Shown here: positions 1 to 10,700 of the stretch, piece by piece
Layout: every line of letters begins with the position of its first letter
Position numbering within the stretch: the stretch's first letter is position 1
Virus record (IMG/VR): IMGVR_UViG_3300005976_000001
Location: 1 to 59,662 of that record
Direction: 5' to 3' (one strand)
Length of the DNA: 59,662 bases
Origin: a virus
Lineage: Duplodnaviria; Caudoviricetes
Notes under the pieces: model-generated
Database searches by the model: none
Seen by the model: only the letters and a program-made list of their open reading frames with translations
What the model was told of the DNA's origin: nothing
Program-made: the position numbers and the translations under genes

Positions 1-123
1 CATTAACTAAAAGCAAACAAGCAGGTAAGAAAGTAGAGCAGGTTCCTTGTGCGGATAAATCTACTTTAGAGCAAGCACTAGCGGGGGTATCTGATGACAC
101 TTGGATGTCACCTTTTCTTACTC
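1..123. repeat. Terminal direct repeat copy 1 (circular assembly overlap)
   Basis: Bases 1-123 (cattaactaa...ttcttactc) are identical to 59540-59662; an ORF reads through the junction. Confidence 0.95.
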
Positions 124-1607
124 AGATGCTAATAAGTAATGAGCTAGAATTAGTAGTAGAGCAAGCTGAGGATTTAATACGAGCAGAATGTGGTGGAGGT
201 AATACCGGTTTAGAGGAAGTTAAAGCGTTATTAGCTGGAGTAGAGTCAGGACAGCAGGGACCAAAAGGAGACACCGGAGACACTGGTCCTCAAGGTGAAC
301 AAGGTATTCAAGGAGAGACTGGTCCGGAAGGCCCTCCGGGGCCACAAGGTATACAAGGCGAGCAAGGCCCACAAGGTGAGCAAGGTATTCAAGGAGATAC
401 TGGTCCTCAAGGCGAGCAAGGCCCACAAGGTGAACAAGGCATCCAAGGGGAGCAGGGAGAGCAAGGCCCACAAGGTGAGCAAGGTATTCAAGGAGAGACT
501 GGTCCACAAGGGGAGCAAGGTATTCAAGGTGAGCAAGGTATTCAAGGCGAACAGGGTATTCAAGGCGAACAGGGTATTCAGGGAGAGGAAGGCCCAGAAG
601 GTCCTCAAGGCCCACAAGGCATACAAGGAGAGCAAGGGCCGGAAGGCCCTGAAGGACCAGCCCCAAGTACTGACGACTTTGTAACGACAGATACAGGCCA
701 GACCATCACAGGGCTAAAAAGGTTCTCTCAAGCGAATCAAAACACAGGCAATTTCATCGAGCTTTATAACGACGATAATGATCAGCTTCTCGGGTTACGA
801 GCCGGGAACACTGGGCATCTCTCCTTTTTTAGCAATAGCGATCATATCGCACAGTTGTCTCCTGTAGGGCTGCGTATAGGTAACGGATCTTTTGGTAGCC
901 CTCAAGCGTCTTTCCACGGGCAAGTAGCCGGAGCTACCGATGCTGGGTTCTTTTTTGAGGGGAGTGGCACTACACGCCTTGTCATGAGAGGTAGCGGGTT
1001 TTCTAATGGGGCAGAGATAGAAACTCCAAATGGACCGCTAGTACTGACTACGAATAATTTTGTCTTAGACGCATCGGGGAGAGCAGACCTTAGCGCGGAC
1101 GATGGAGTAAGCATACTTTCTTCTGATTTTAGTGTAGGACAGTTTAGTGCGACAGGGTTGGGTAACGGGCAGTACTTTAACCAGATCTCATTATCCAGTA
1201 GTAGGAATAATGTTAATAGCCGTACTCATGTGGCGTTCTATAATCCTAACGGACTAGTCGGGCAGATTAGAACCAGCGGCTCATCCACTGCTTACGATAC
1301 ATCCTCTGATTACCGCCTAAAAGAGAATGAGCGACCCATTGAAAACGCGATTGAACGATTCAAACAAATTCAATTTTATGATTTCAATTTCATAGCGGAC
1401 AAGGAAGAAACGCTTTCAGGTGTATTTGCGCATGAATTGCAAGAAGTAGTCCCTAGCGCAGTATCGGGCGAGAAGGACGGCGAGGAGATGCAGGCGGTTG
1501 ACTACTCTAAGATAGTGCCTCTAATGGGAGCGGCCTTACAGAAGCTTACAGATAAGGTTGAATCTTTGGAAGCGGAGGTTCGAGCCCTAAAAGCAGCTAG
1601 GAGCTGA
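105..1607 (+). CDS. Collagen-like tail fibre/spike with C-terminal intramolecular chaperone (peptidase S74-like); true start probably at 59524 across the junction
   Basis: About 45 G-X-Y triplets (GPQGEQGIQ), then a beta-rich region, then SDYRLKENE...[12 protein letters not shown]...VDYSKIVP and a coiled coil typical of S74 chaperone domains. The frame is open upstream to ATG 59524. Confidence 0.85.
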   Translation: MSPFLTQMLISNELELVVEQAEDLIRAECGGGNTGLEEVKALLAGVESGQQGPKGDTGDTGPQGEQGIQGETGPEGPPGPQGIQGEQGPQGEQGIQGDTGPQGEQGPQGEQGIQGEQGEQGPQGEQGIQGETGPQGEQGIQGEQGIQGEQGIQGEQGIQGEEGPEGPQGPQGIQGEQGPEGPEGPAPSTDDFVTTDTGQTITGLKRFSQANQNTGNFIELYNDDNDQLLGLRAGNTGHLSFFSNSDHIAQLSPVGLRIGNGSFGSPQASFHGQVAGATDAGFFFEGSGTTRLVMRGSGFSNGAEIETPNGPLVLTTNNFVLDASGRADLSADDGVSILSSDFSVGQFSATGLGNGQYFNQISLSSSRNNVNSRTHVAFYNPNGLVGQIRTSGSSTAYDTSSDYRLKENERPIENAIERFKQIQFYDFNFIADKEETLSGVFAHELQEVVPSAVSGEKDGEEMQAVDYSKIVPLMGAALQKLTDKVESLEAEVRALKAARS

Positions 1608-1719
1608 AAAGCATGAATAAACTGATAGTTATAGAGATAAGCACCTTATTTTACGTCTATCAGTAGTAAATGGTATGTAGTATTATATGGTTATTATTTA
1701 AACAAATAGAGGGACTGTT

Positions 1720-2082
1720 ATGTTTGACTTTATATTTAAATCGTTTGGTTCTATTAAGGACTTCTTTATTAACCAGTACGCTAAGAATTTACTAGAGCAC
1801 GGGCTTACTGTAGTTGGTGGGTACTTGGTACTAAATGGTGTACTCACAGAAGAGCAAGCAGTTGAATGGGTCCAGTATACAGTAGGTGCTGGAGTATTCG
1901 GTCTCGGTTTACTACTTAGCCTAGTAGATAGAATGAGATCCGTGTCTGATGCTAAAGAGGTAAAAGAACTTAGATACCTTAATTCATCTTTACGTAGTAC
2001 TTTAAATAACCAGGCAACTGCTAAGTGTGACAACGTAAGTGAGCAAGGCAGAATACCAGTACAGAATAAGAGGCGTAGATAA
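1720..2082 (+). CDS. Small membrane protein, holin candidate
   Basis: Two hydrophobic segments (GLTVVGGYLVLNGV; YTVGAGVFGLGLLLSLV), basic C-terminus (NKRRR), GAGG RBS. Confidence 0.45.
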   Translation: MFDFIFKSFGSIKDFFINQYAKNLLEHGLTVVGGYLVLNGVLTEEQAVEWVQYTVGAGVFGLGLLLSLVDRMRSVSDAKEVKELRYLNSSLRSTLNNQATAKCDNVSEQGRIPVQNKRRR

Positions 2083-2110
2083 TATCTATTAATTTGGTGG
2101 AGAGTTCTAA

Positions 2111-3742
2111 ATGGCATGTAGCAAGTGTGGTAACTCAAGTAAATCTCTAGGAGCATCGTCTTCTTGTGGTACCGGGTGTGGCTGTGCTCCTAAAGCACAT
2201 ACTACTCCTCAACCTTACTATGCGTGTGCTGAAGCATGTGAAGAGGACCATACAAAAGAAATACTTGTTCCTCAGTTTAATACCAAGATAGATATTAATA
2301 ACAGTTGGAATATTCCTGAATGCGGTAGTACAGCCATACTTGCTATAAGTCACTTAAACCAAGTCTTAGTAGGTGGATACTTATGGAACCCTAATTACGG
2401 TTACTTTAGGGTAGAAGGGTTTGACAGGGAGACAGGGCAGCTTACTGTACTAAATCAATGTAACTCAGTTAATGAGTCTCCCGGTACAACCGTACCGGCA
2501 TGTACTGGGTTCATTATAACACCAGCACCATCAGATGCTCTAAGTAGTCAGTCTACTTTATTTCCTTATGTTGCTATTGATTTTACTGCTCCGAACGAGG
2601 ATAGCCCACTTCTAATTACTGTTACTACTGTTAACGGGCTTGCAGTCGGAAAGAATGTACAGATTGGAAGTGGCACATATCAGATAGTTAGTATTCCCGA
2701 TGCAGACACTATCGAGATTGAAAATAATGGAGCAGGTATTGTTCCAGGTACTTCTGTTATAGCTAAGAACTCAGCCGGAGAGTTTCAATATCCAATTATT
2801 TTAATTGATGCTAACCAGTGTACTAACCCGGCTTCAAGTGTAGGTTCCTTGCTTGTATGTAAGGATGGGGTAACACAGCCGCTATCTGGAATGACAATAG
2901 GATCTATTCCTGTATTGCAAGACCCTGACACAAATGAAGTAGAGTATGAAGTTTTAGAATTACCTACTAGAACATGCTCTACTATTCTGTGCTGCTTTAC
3001 CTTAAGTGAAGGAGAGGACACGTATACGATTAATGTGTTCGACTCTAGTGAGTTTGAGGTAGGAGATAACCTACAGCTAGGAAGCCGGACTGATAGGTAC
3101 GAAGTAACTGCTATTCCAGACGGTACACACCTTACAATCCAGAGAGATGAAGAAGCAGAAGAGGTAGAGGATATTCCACCAGGAACAAGTATCTGTCTTG
3201 TTGGGTGCTGTGAGCAGGTAGGTGACCAGCTTCAAGACATTCTAGATGAGTTCGGAGGAGAGCTCACTCCATGTAGTGACTTTGAAAATGTTCGCATTAA
3301 TGGGCTAATTGAACCAGATATCGTTACTGGCACTCTAAACAGTGGAACTCCCATGATAGGCTCAGAATCTACTGACCTTGTTATAGAGAACACATCAGAG
3401 TGTAGGCCTATGCTTGTAGGGCTAAGCTCACGGCATCAAATAGCAGGCCAAACAATAAACGCTAACTCTTCTGATCTTAATGTTCAGTTGTCAGCCCTTC
3501 TTAGTGTTGATGGCGGCTCTTATACTACGATAGGTACCTTCCAGGAGCATGTGTATAATAGAACTAATGCTGCAAAAGTTTGGAGCATGTATAAGCCAAT
3601 ACTCTCTCATTTTGTTATTCCTGCGGGAGAAACTAGAACGTATCGGTTTAGGACCGAGATAGCTTGGTTAGGCGGCGGGGGGTCTTCTGTGGATATATCC
3701 GGGCTGCAATGTCCGGGCTCTTACTTTGGGATAGCAATCTAA
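2111..3742 (+). CDS. Cys-rich virion structural protein with internal repeats
   Basis: Cys-rich N-terminus (CSKC..CGTGCGC); repeated unit V-G-x-x-[VL]-Q-[IL]-GS...Y.[IV]..IPD...I...PGT; lies in the structural arm. Confidence 0.6.
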   Translation: MACSKCGNSSKSLGASSSCGTGCGCAPKAHTTPQPYYACAEACEEDHTKEILVPQFNTKIDINNSWNIPECGSTAILAISHLNQVLVGGYLWNPNYGYFRVEGFDRETGQLTVLNQCNSVNESPGTTVPACTGFIITPAPSDALSSQSTLFPYVAIDFTAPNEDSPLLITVTTVNGLAVGKNVQIGSGTYQIVSIPDADTIEIENNGAGIVPGTSVIAKNSAGEFQYPIILIDANQCTNPASSVGSLLVCKDGVTQPLSGMTIGSIPVLQDPDTNEVEYEVLELPTRTCSTILCCFTLSEGEDTYTINVFDSSEFEVGDNLQLGSRTDRYEVTAIPDGTHLTIQRDEEAEEVEDIPPGTSICLVGCCEQVGDQLQDILDEFGGELTPCSDFENVRINGLIEPDIVTGTLNSGTPMIGSESTDLVIENTSECRPMLVGLSSRHQIAGQTINANSSDLNVQLSALLSVDGGSYTTIGTFQEHVYNRTNAAKVWSMYKPILSHFVIPAGETRTYRFRTEIAWLGGGGSSVDISGLQCPGSYFGIAI

Positions 3743-5604
3743 TGAGCCAGAATGTAGTTGACGGTTCTATAGATTTTTCTATGGGCCAAAACTCATCTCT
3801 TAATCCAGATAAAATAGACCCTAGGTCGTACTTTCTAGGGGTTAATACTATAGCTAACAGGGGGGATGTAGGTCCTCGCTGGGGCTGGAGGCAGATAGAT
3901 TTAAGGTTCCCAGAAGGTGGGGTTACCTTACCTAACAATATTGTAAAAAGTTATGAAGCCATATTTAAGTCAGGAAGGTTTCAAGGTGCTACTTATTACA
4001 ATATAGGAGAGGAGAAGTACTTTATAGTTGTAGTTTCCGGAATAATATATTTAATAAATAGACGGACAAGGCAGATAATAATACTGGAATTAGCCGATGA
4101 GTCTTACATAAATGAAAATGCTAGTAGAGTAGATATAACCGTAGCAGAGAAGTACGTAGTAATTCACGATTGGCCAAACTATCCAGTTATAATTGACGGG
4201 CTAGAAGCAAGAAGAGCAGATCCAGATGAAGATGAAGTACCAGTATCGGTTCTTAGCTCTTATAATCAAAACAGATTAATCATCTCTAATGCAGGTAGTG
4301 AGTTTACTGCTGGTGACCCAGTAGGGAGCTTAGCTGCTCCTAATGCTCCTATTACTTTTCAAGAGTTTCTGGTTTCTGGTACAGAGTTTACAGGACAAAT
4401 ATTCCAACTACCTACTGAGTACTCTAACCAACCTATTACAGGTATGACCTTCTTACCTATTACAGATACCAGTACTGGTGTAGGCCCTCTACTGGTTTCT
4501 ACAGAAAGTAGGATATTTACATACTCTACTCAGCAGCCTAGAGAGACGTGGGAAGCAGGTCAGTTTGGTACATTGCTGATAGGTAATTCCGGGTTTGCCG
4601 GTCCTAGAGCGTTTACTTCTGTTAACTCTGATATCTTCTATATATCAGGGGATGGGCAGGTCAGAACAGTAGCTATGTCTCGCAATGAGTTTAACCAATG
4701 GGCTTCTGTTCCTATCTCTAACGAGGTAGCTAGATGGATAAAGTTTTGGGATAAAGATTTAGTTTATTTTTCTTCTGTAGCCTACTTTAATAATAGAGTG
4801 TTCTTTACAGTCAATCCTTTTAGGACTCCGGTGTCTACGATACGTGGTTTATCTGTTAGTGATTATGCTCATGGTGGAATGGTTGTGTTGAGTTTGGATA
4901 ATATATCTGCTTTTGGGCAGGCAGGTACTCCTGCTTGGGATGGGCTATGGACTGGAATTTATCCTACTCAGTTACTGTCAGATGACGTTAGCTTATATGC
5001 TTTCGCTAAGAACAATCAAAGAATTAATGCTTTATACGAGTGTACTCCAGATGAGTCAGTAGACGTTGTAGACGGCAGGGAGAGAGATGTTAGATCAGTT
5101 CTAGTAACAAGAGAGTACAGCTTTGAAGCGCCGCTTCAGAATAAGAAGATACGTAATATTGATTTAGCGCTAGAAGATGTAGCTGGTGATTTTGAGATAC
5201 AAGTTGAATGGAAGCCTGCTCAGGCATCTCTTTTTTTAAAGTGGAGAAAGTTTTGTCATAAGACTATATGGAATACAGTTAAAGTCCCTACACTTGCTCA
5301 GGTAAGTGGGTTTGCTAGTCATAGTTTTAGGGAGCTAAATTTAGGAACCCCTAATGAGCATGAGTGCAGTCCTATTACAGATGATTACTACACTTCTTTT
5401 AGGAGGATTCAGTTTCGACTTACAATGAAAGGAAGGTCATGGTCTATTAGAGCACTAAAAATAATGGGAACAATAGATATGGAAAACGAGACTGAAAGTG
5501 TATGTATGGTAGATGGGGAGTGCCCTTTTCCTGTTAAAGAGATATTAAATGATGTATTTAAGTATTGGGCTGAGGGGGAGGTAGACTTATGCCAGGAAGA
5601 TTAG
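3742..5604 (+). CDS. Probable tail tubular/nozzle (DNA stabilisation) protein, beta-propeller type
   Basis: About 620 aa, beta-rich, upstream of adaptor and ejection genes as in podoviruses. Start ATG 3742 overlaps the previous stop (TAATG) and is preferred over the track start at 3664. Confidence 0.55.
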   Translation: MSQNVVDGSIDFSMGQNSSLNPDKIDPRSYFLGVNTIANRGDVGPRWGWRQIDLRFPEGGVTLPNNIVKSYEAIFKSGRFQGATYYNIGEEKYFIVVVSGIIYLINRRTRQIIILELADESYINENASRVDITVAEKYVVIHDWPNYPVIIDGLEARRADPDEDEVPVSVLSSYNQNRLIISNAGSEFTAGDPVGSLAAPNAPITFQEFLVSGTEFTGQIFQLPTEYSNQPITGMTFLPITDTSTGVGPLLVSTESRIFTYSTQQPRETWEAGQFGTLLIGNSGFAGPRAFTSVNSDIFYISGDGQVRTVAMSRNEFNQWASVPISNEVARWIKFWDKDLVYFSSVAYFNNRVFFTVNPFRTPVSTIRGLSVSDYAHGGMVVLSLDNISAFGQAGTPAWDGLWTGIYPTQLLSDDVSLYAFAKNNQRINALYECTPDESVDVVDGRERDVRSVLVTREYSFEAPLQNKKIRNIDLALEDVAGDFEIQVEWKPAQASLFLKWRKFCHKTIWNTVKVPTLAQVSGFASHSFRELNLGTPNEHECSPITDDYYTSFRRIQFRLTMKGRSWSIRALKIMGTIDMENETESVCMVDGECPFPVKEILNDVFKYWAEGEVDLCQED

Positions 5605-6041
5605 AAAATAAAGTTAGGGCAAGGTTAGAGGTAGATGGGTTACCAGATAATCTAAACTTTACAACCTTAAAGAACTTCTTTGAGCTGCTTCAGAAGCACG
5701 TTATAGTAGAGATACCCGATGCTATATCTAACGTGGTCATTTCTAATATTCAGCCGCTAGATAACCAGAGAGACGCTCTGTGGTTCCGTAGAAGTAATTC
5801 TGGTTCATTTCTAGGGGCTTACGTGTACTCTCAGGGAAAGTGGCAACAGTTTTTCCCTGCTCCAGAGGCTATTTACTGGATGTATGGAGACAGCCGGGAT
5901 GTACCTGAAGGGTACTCTTTAGTGACTATTGATACTCCCCAGATGGGAACCAGCACTAAAGAGTGGATTATTAACCAGTATAAGGAGCATGAATCAGAGG
6001 AGTATTTTACCTATTTTGCCACTATCTTCGTTGGGTTATAA
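5589..6041 (+). CDS. Hypothetical structural protein
   Basis: 150-aa ORF in operon, GGGGAGG RBS upstream. Confidence 0.6.
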   Translation: MPGRLENKVRARLEVDGLPDNLNFTTLKNFFELLQKHVIVEIPDAISNVVISNIQPLDNQRDALWFRRSNSGSFLGAYVYSQGKWQQFFPAPEAIYWMYGDSRDVPEGYSLVTIDTPQMGTSTKEWIINQYKEHESEEYFTYFATIFVGL

Positions 6042-6074
6042 TAGTAGGTAAGATAAATCTTTCTTTTAGGGGGT

Positions 6075-6275
6075 ATGATTATGATGAAGTTTAACGAGCA
6101 GACTCAGCTGCAAAAGATGCGTGGAGTATTTGCTCCTGGTCCGTCTTTTAAGAATCCTAATTTAAGTCCTAGTATGACTTTTGTAGATGGGGTTCATAAA
6201 CAGGTAACGGCAAAGCAACAGGTAGGACCTTATAAGTCTATGCCTTTTAAAGACCCTTGGGGCAAACACCGGTAA
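6075..6275 (+). CDS. Hypothetical small protein
   Basis: Fills the operon gap; AGGGGG upstream. Confidence 0.5.
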   Translation: MIMMKFNEQTQLQKMRGVFAPGPSFKNPNLSPSMTFVDGVHKQVTAKQQVGPYKSMPFKDPWGKHR

Positions 6276-6322
6276 GAACCGGTAACAGGTACTGATTATA
6301 TATTTAAATAGTGGAGGAAACT

Positions 6323-6565
6323 ATGGCTTTAAATACTTTAAACCTTTGTAGTACCGGAAAGGCATCTACTAGGGATGGGCATTCTGGTGAGTTCGCTCAC
6401 ATCATGCTTCCATTCTATACCGAGAGTGACGGCTTCTGGTTTGCTAACGGCCAGCTAGCTTCTTTTCCCGGTGCAGAAGCTCCCCAGTTTACTGGTAGGA
6501 ATCTACACGGAAGAAAGAAAGCTAACACGTACAGAAAAGATTGTTGTTCTTGTCTTGGTAGCTAA
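6323..6565 (+). CDS. Hypothetical small Cys-containing protein
   Basis: GGAGG RBS before ATG 6323; ends DCCSCLGS. Confidence 0.55.
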   Translation: MALNTLNLCSTGKASTRDGHSGEFAHIMLPFYTESDGFWFANGQLASFPGAEAPQFTGRNLHGRKKANTYRKDCCSCLGS

Positions 6566-6760
6566 ATGGGCTGCCCTACTTGTGGTAAGCGTTATCGCGG
6601 TACGTCCTCTCAGAAAGTGAGAACAGGTAGAACTGTACCTACTTCTGGGAGGCGTAAATCGCTACTTAAAAAAGCAGTGCGTGGTGTCGTTAAGTACGAA
6701 GAATCTACAGATAAAAATGAGCAGACTGAAGAACCAGTCAGCAATACCAATGAGAAGTAA
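6566..6760 (+). CDS. Small basic protein with N-terminal CPTC motif
   Basis: MGCPTCGKRY, Arg/Lys-rich; abuts both neighbours. Confidence 0.55.
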   Translation: MGCPTCGKRYRGTSSQKVRTGRTVPTSGRRKSLLKKAVRGVVKYEESTDKNEQTEEPVSNTNEK

Positions 6761-6762
6761 CT

Positions 6763-7737
6763 ATGCCTCTTACTTACGGGGAAGCAAAAAAGTACATAGC
6801 CCAGTATGCTGGCAAGGGCGGCAAATGTCCTGACAGTCCGGAAGTGGACATGTTCTTACGTGAAGTTCTTCAAGTTCTACTATTTTCAGGTCAATACGGT
6901 AACAAAAGAAAATTCTGCTTTCATGCGGTTAAGGGGTGCTTTACGGTCCCTTACGAGTTAGAGCACCCACTAGAAGTTAAGATTGATAATAATGCTGGTA
7001 CCGTCTGGAACAAGTGGTTCGAGTGGTACAACACTACTTCTTTATCAGACTGTGTTCCAGCAGCCGACGCTCTCTTTGAAGACCCAAATACATATCCAAC
7101 AGCATACGAAGGACCAAAAGGTGGGTATAGAGTAGGAGTACTCGGTACCTGCAAAGAGGATGAGGATGCTCACGTTATTATAAGTGGAACTGATAGGACC
7201 GGCAGAGAGATATTTACAAAACATGATGGAGAGCTTCTGTCTGGAGAGCGTCTCCGTATAGAGAACGGTAAGCTACGATATACAACTATAGACTTCGCTA
7301 AGGTTACAGGTGTTTCAAAGACAATTACTAAAGGGTATGTTCCTCTGTATTGGGTTAATCCACAGAGCAATGTGAAGGGGTTTCTTTCTGACTACTCGCC
7401 TATAGAACAGAACCCATCATATAGAAGATTTAACTTAACAATGAAGTGTTCTGATGTTGCTAAGGTTTCCATTCTAGGAAAGATTAGAATAAAAGAAGCA
7501 TACGCTGAGAATGACCACATACCATTTGATAACTTATTTGCTCTAAGAACTGCCGCTCAGTCTGTTAACTCCCACTACAATAACGCTATGGATGTAGCAC
7601 AGGCAAAAGAGGTAACACTAAACAACATAATCACAAGAGAGAATGAGTATAAGAAGATACAAACTGGTACTCCAGTTAAAGTTATGAAGCCAACTAGTGC
7701 TGGTAGGATTAGAAATATAAATAGGGGTCGTAGGTAA
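6763..7737 (+). CDS. Probable head-tail adaptor/tail tubular protein A-like
   Basis: 324 aa with helical N- and C-termini around a beta core; directly precedes the ejection genes. Assignment is by synteny. Confidence 0.45.
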   Translation: MPLTYGEAKKYIAQYAGKGGKCPDSPEVDMFLREVLQVLLFSGQYGNKRKFCFHAVKGCFTVPYELEHPLEVKIDNNAGTVWNKWFEWYNTTSLSDCVPAADALFEDPNTYPTAYEGPKGGYRVGVLGTCKEDEDAHVIISGTDRTGREIFTKHDGELLSGERLRIENGKLRYTTIDFAKVTGVSKTITKGYVPLYWVNPQSNVKGFLSDYSPIEQNPSYRRFNLTMKCSDVAKVSILGKIRIKEAYAENDHIPFDNLFALRTAAQSVNSHYNNAMDVAQAKEVTLNNIITRENEYKKIQTGTPVKVMKPTSAGRIRNINRGRR

Positions 7738-10700
7738 TGGCTGAGAGAGTTCTATATAAACCAGTAAGTCAGGGCCAGTTAAATGCTGGTGGCTTAAGTT
7801 TTATGCTCCCTAACAGCGGGGCATATAGTGGGGTATCGCTATATAGAGGGGACGAACGGATAACTGACCTTACCAGATCGCCTTATCACTCAAGCGACGG
7901 TGTTAAGTTCTACTCACATAAACCAGGCGGGTCATTCGGGGATGACCTAACAGCGCGAGTCACACTAGAAGATGGAACAGTCCAAGAGTACGCCATACCA
8001 AGAGGAGCACAGCGGTATGAGGGCCCTATGGGAGAGGAGCTAGCAGAAAGCTCTAAGGGCATGGGTGGCGGCGGTGGAGGCGGTGGGGGTAGATTTACTC
8101 CCGGCCAGCAAGGGCACGGATTCTATCCAGCATACATGGGTGGTTCGTTTCCAGACCCGTTTATGGTTGACTTTGAAGGTATGGAGTCTGCTCCTTTTAA
8201 CTTTACAGACCCGATGGAGTTTGCCAAAGAGTACGGAGAGTTTAACAGAGGAGAGTATGCTAAGAACTTTGAGCAGTCTCAACAATTCGCACTGGAAGCT
8301 CTTAGAACAGAGATGGCCGGTCTTCAAGAGTTTGCTCCAGCTGCTCAAGCGTTAAAGCATGAGATGCTCTCTCTTGATAACGTCAGAAATCAAGACATGA
8401 GAACAGCTCAGCTTGACCAGGCCATGCCCGGAATGAGAGGAGCGTTGCGTGGCCAGACTGATAGAGCTCAAGCGTTTGCAGAAGGAAGACTTCCTGAAGG
8501 AATGAGTGATAGGGCTTTTGAGCTTGGGGTACGGTCTGCTTCTGCTGACAGGTCAGCTGCTGGAGGGTTCGGAGAGAGGAGTTCTGTTGCTAGGTCTGGA
8601 AGTGACTTAATGTCTGTTAGAGAACGTATCGGTCTGTCTCAATACGGAGATCAATTACTAACCAGTAACTCTCAGCTACGTCAAGGAATGGAGCTTGCTC
8701 CGACTCAATATTCTGATGCCGGTGCTCAGATTCAAGCCAGACCAGAAGTAGGAGCTGCACGACTTGCAAGCCAAACTTTAAACGAACTAAATGCTCTAAC
8801 AACTACCCCTACTACAGCGGCAATGTCTACTAAAATTGGACAAGAGCAGTTTGGTACACAGCTTGAGCAACGCACAAGAGAGTTTAATGCAACCAATAGC
8901 TTTAAAGCTGCTTTAACTAATCAAGCTGTAGCTAACCAGTTTGGTATGGCCAAGTTCGGGTATGATGTAAGTTTTGCCGGAGCAGTAGCAGGTGCCCACC
9001 AGACAGATTACAACACCGAGATGGCTATCCAGCAACAAGAGCTTGCACAGCAAATATATCAAGACCATTTTGACCAGGCACAAGATGCCGGTACAGCTGG
9101 TTCTATAGCTTCTGGTGTAGGTGCTATCGGAGGAATATTAGATGTAATCAGTGATGTAGCAGGTACAGTAGACGACATAATAAGTGGAGACGAGGATGAA
9201 GAGGTAGCTGAGGATGTAGTAGATGATGGTGGTGGTGATGGGGGAGGAGTAGAAACTCCAGCTCGTGGTCCTTCACATATGCCTTCTGGTCCTGAGACTC
9301 CTTCTGGTCCACCACCTATGGCAGGAGAATCAGCACCAGAAGCAGTAGATGTACCAGCTGGAGTAGCTGTTCCTGATACTCATACTCCGGTAGGTACTAA
9401 TGTAGATGGCAGTATTCATGCCGTACCAAGATCACGAGTAGCATCTGAAGCTCGTTCTTTTAATGCAGACACTGGAGCTAATATTAATCCAGAGGGAAAT
9501 GCCCAGACTACTAGAGCATTGATGACCGCTAACGGTATAACAATGAAAGCAGCTGGTATTTCTAATAGGCCTAAAGAAGGCTACGAGAAAGTAGGGTACG
9601 ACCGTCAAGGAGCTGCTGTATACTCTAATACCAGAATGCGTAATGACCAAAACTCACGAGCAGGAGAATCAACTGTAGATGGTATTGCAAGAGTGCTAGA
9701 CCCGTTTGGTGTTATGTCTGCTGAGGACAAAACAACTATGCAGCAAATAGCAGCTGCTAGTAGTGATACAGCTTTTGCAGCAAGACTTACCGCTATGGCA
9801 TCTGGCGGTGCAAAGCCTAAAGATTTTGTAAATACGTTACTTAATAAGTATGGGTATAAAGCATTAGACCAGTTAACAGATAGCCCAGATGACAGAGCAG
9901 GGCTTGGTGCAGCTTTTACTGCTTATAAGTTGTTTCAAAGTTGGGATAAACTTAGTAACTCTCAACGAGGACAAGCGCTAGCTTCAATGGGAATGCAGGG
10001 GTACCAGTATGCAACTGGAGAGAAGTTGGGGAGCAAAGTTATTCCTGCTACTGACCTTCCAGGTATAGAAGGTGGTGGAATGACCGTTAACCAGGCAATG
10101 GGGTTAGTAGGGTCCGGCATAAACGCATACGCATTGGCTTCAAACTGGGGCCAGATGAATGACTTAAATAGATTAGTAGGTGGAACTAACACAGTAGCTT
10201 CTATTGCTCAAACAGCTCAGCAGTTTAACCTGTTAGGTACAGGTTCTACCGGAGCAGCTGCCGCAGCAGATGCCGCAACTCTAGCAGCTAACGGGTTTAC
10301 CAGTGCTCCAAACTTAGGAGTTGGGGCTATAACTGCTGACGTAGGAGCAGCTATTCCATCCGGGTACACGCAGGTAGCAACTGAAGGTGGTAAGGTCGTA
10401 GCAATGCCTGCCGGTAATGCAGCGTCATTTAGTGGGATAGTTCAAGGGGCAGCTGGAGTGGCCGGTATAGTAGGTGGAGCAATGACTATTGCAGAAAGCT
10501 GGGGTTCTGGGACTGACAGAGGAGCTTTAAACGGAGCACTAGGTGGTGCTTCACTTGCAATGGGACTATCAGCTGTAGGAGTAGGGCTTGGACCACTAGG
10601 TATAGCTGGTGTGGTTGCTTTCTCTGCTTTGTCTGGTTTGATGAAAACAGGAAAACATGAAGAGCAAGTTCACCGGGATGGCATCCGAGACCACTATGCA

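Noticed and set aside
1-123. 123-bp repeat as the biological terminal repeat of virion DNA
   Set aside because: It falls inside a coding sequence and has the size of an assembler overlap.
220-684. Overlapping alternative-frame and antisense ORFs in the collagen region
   Set aside because: They are shadows of the 9-bp-periodic G-X-Y repeat, with low-complexity translations and no RBS.
105-1607. Diversity-generating retroelement or invertase-driven fibre switching
   Set aside because: No reverse transcriptase, TR/VR pair, invertase or flanking inverted repeats were seen.
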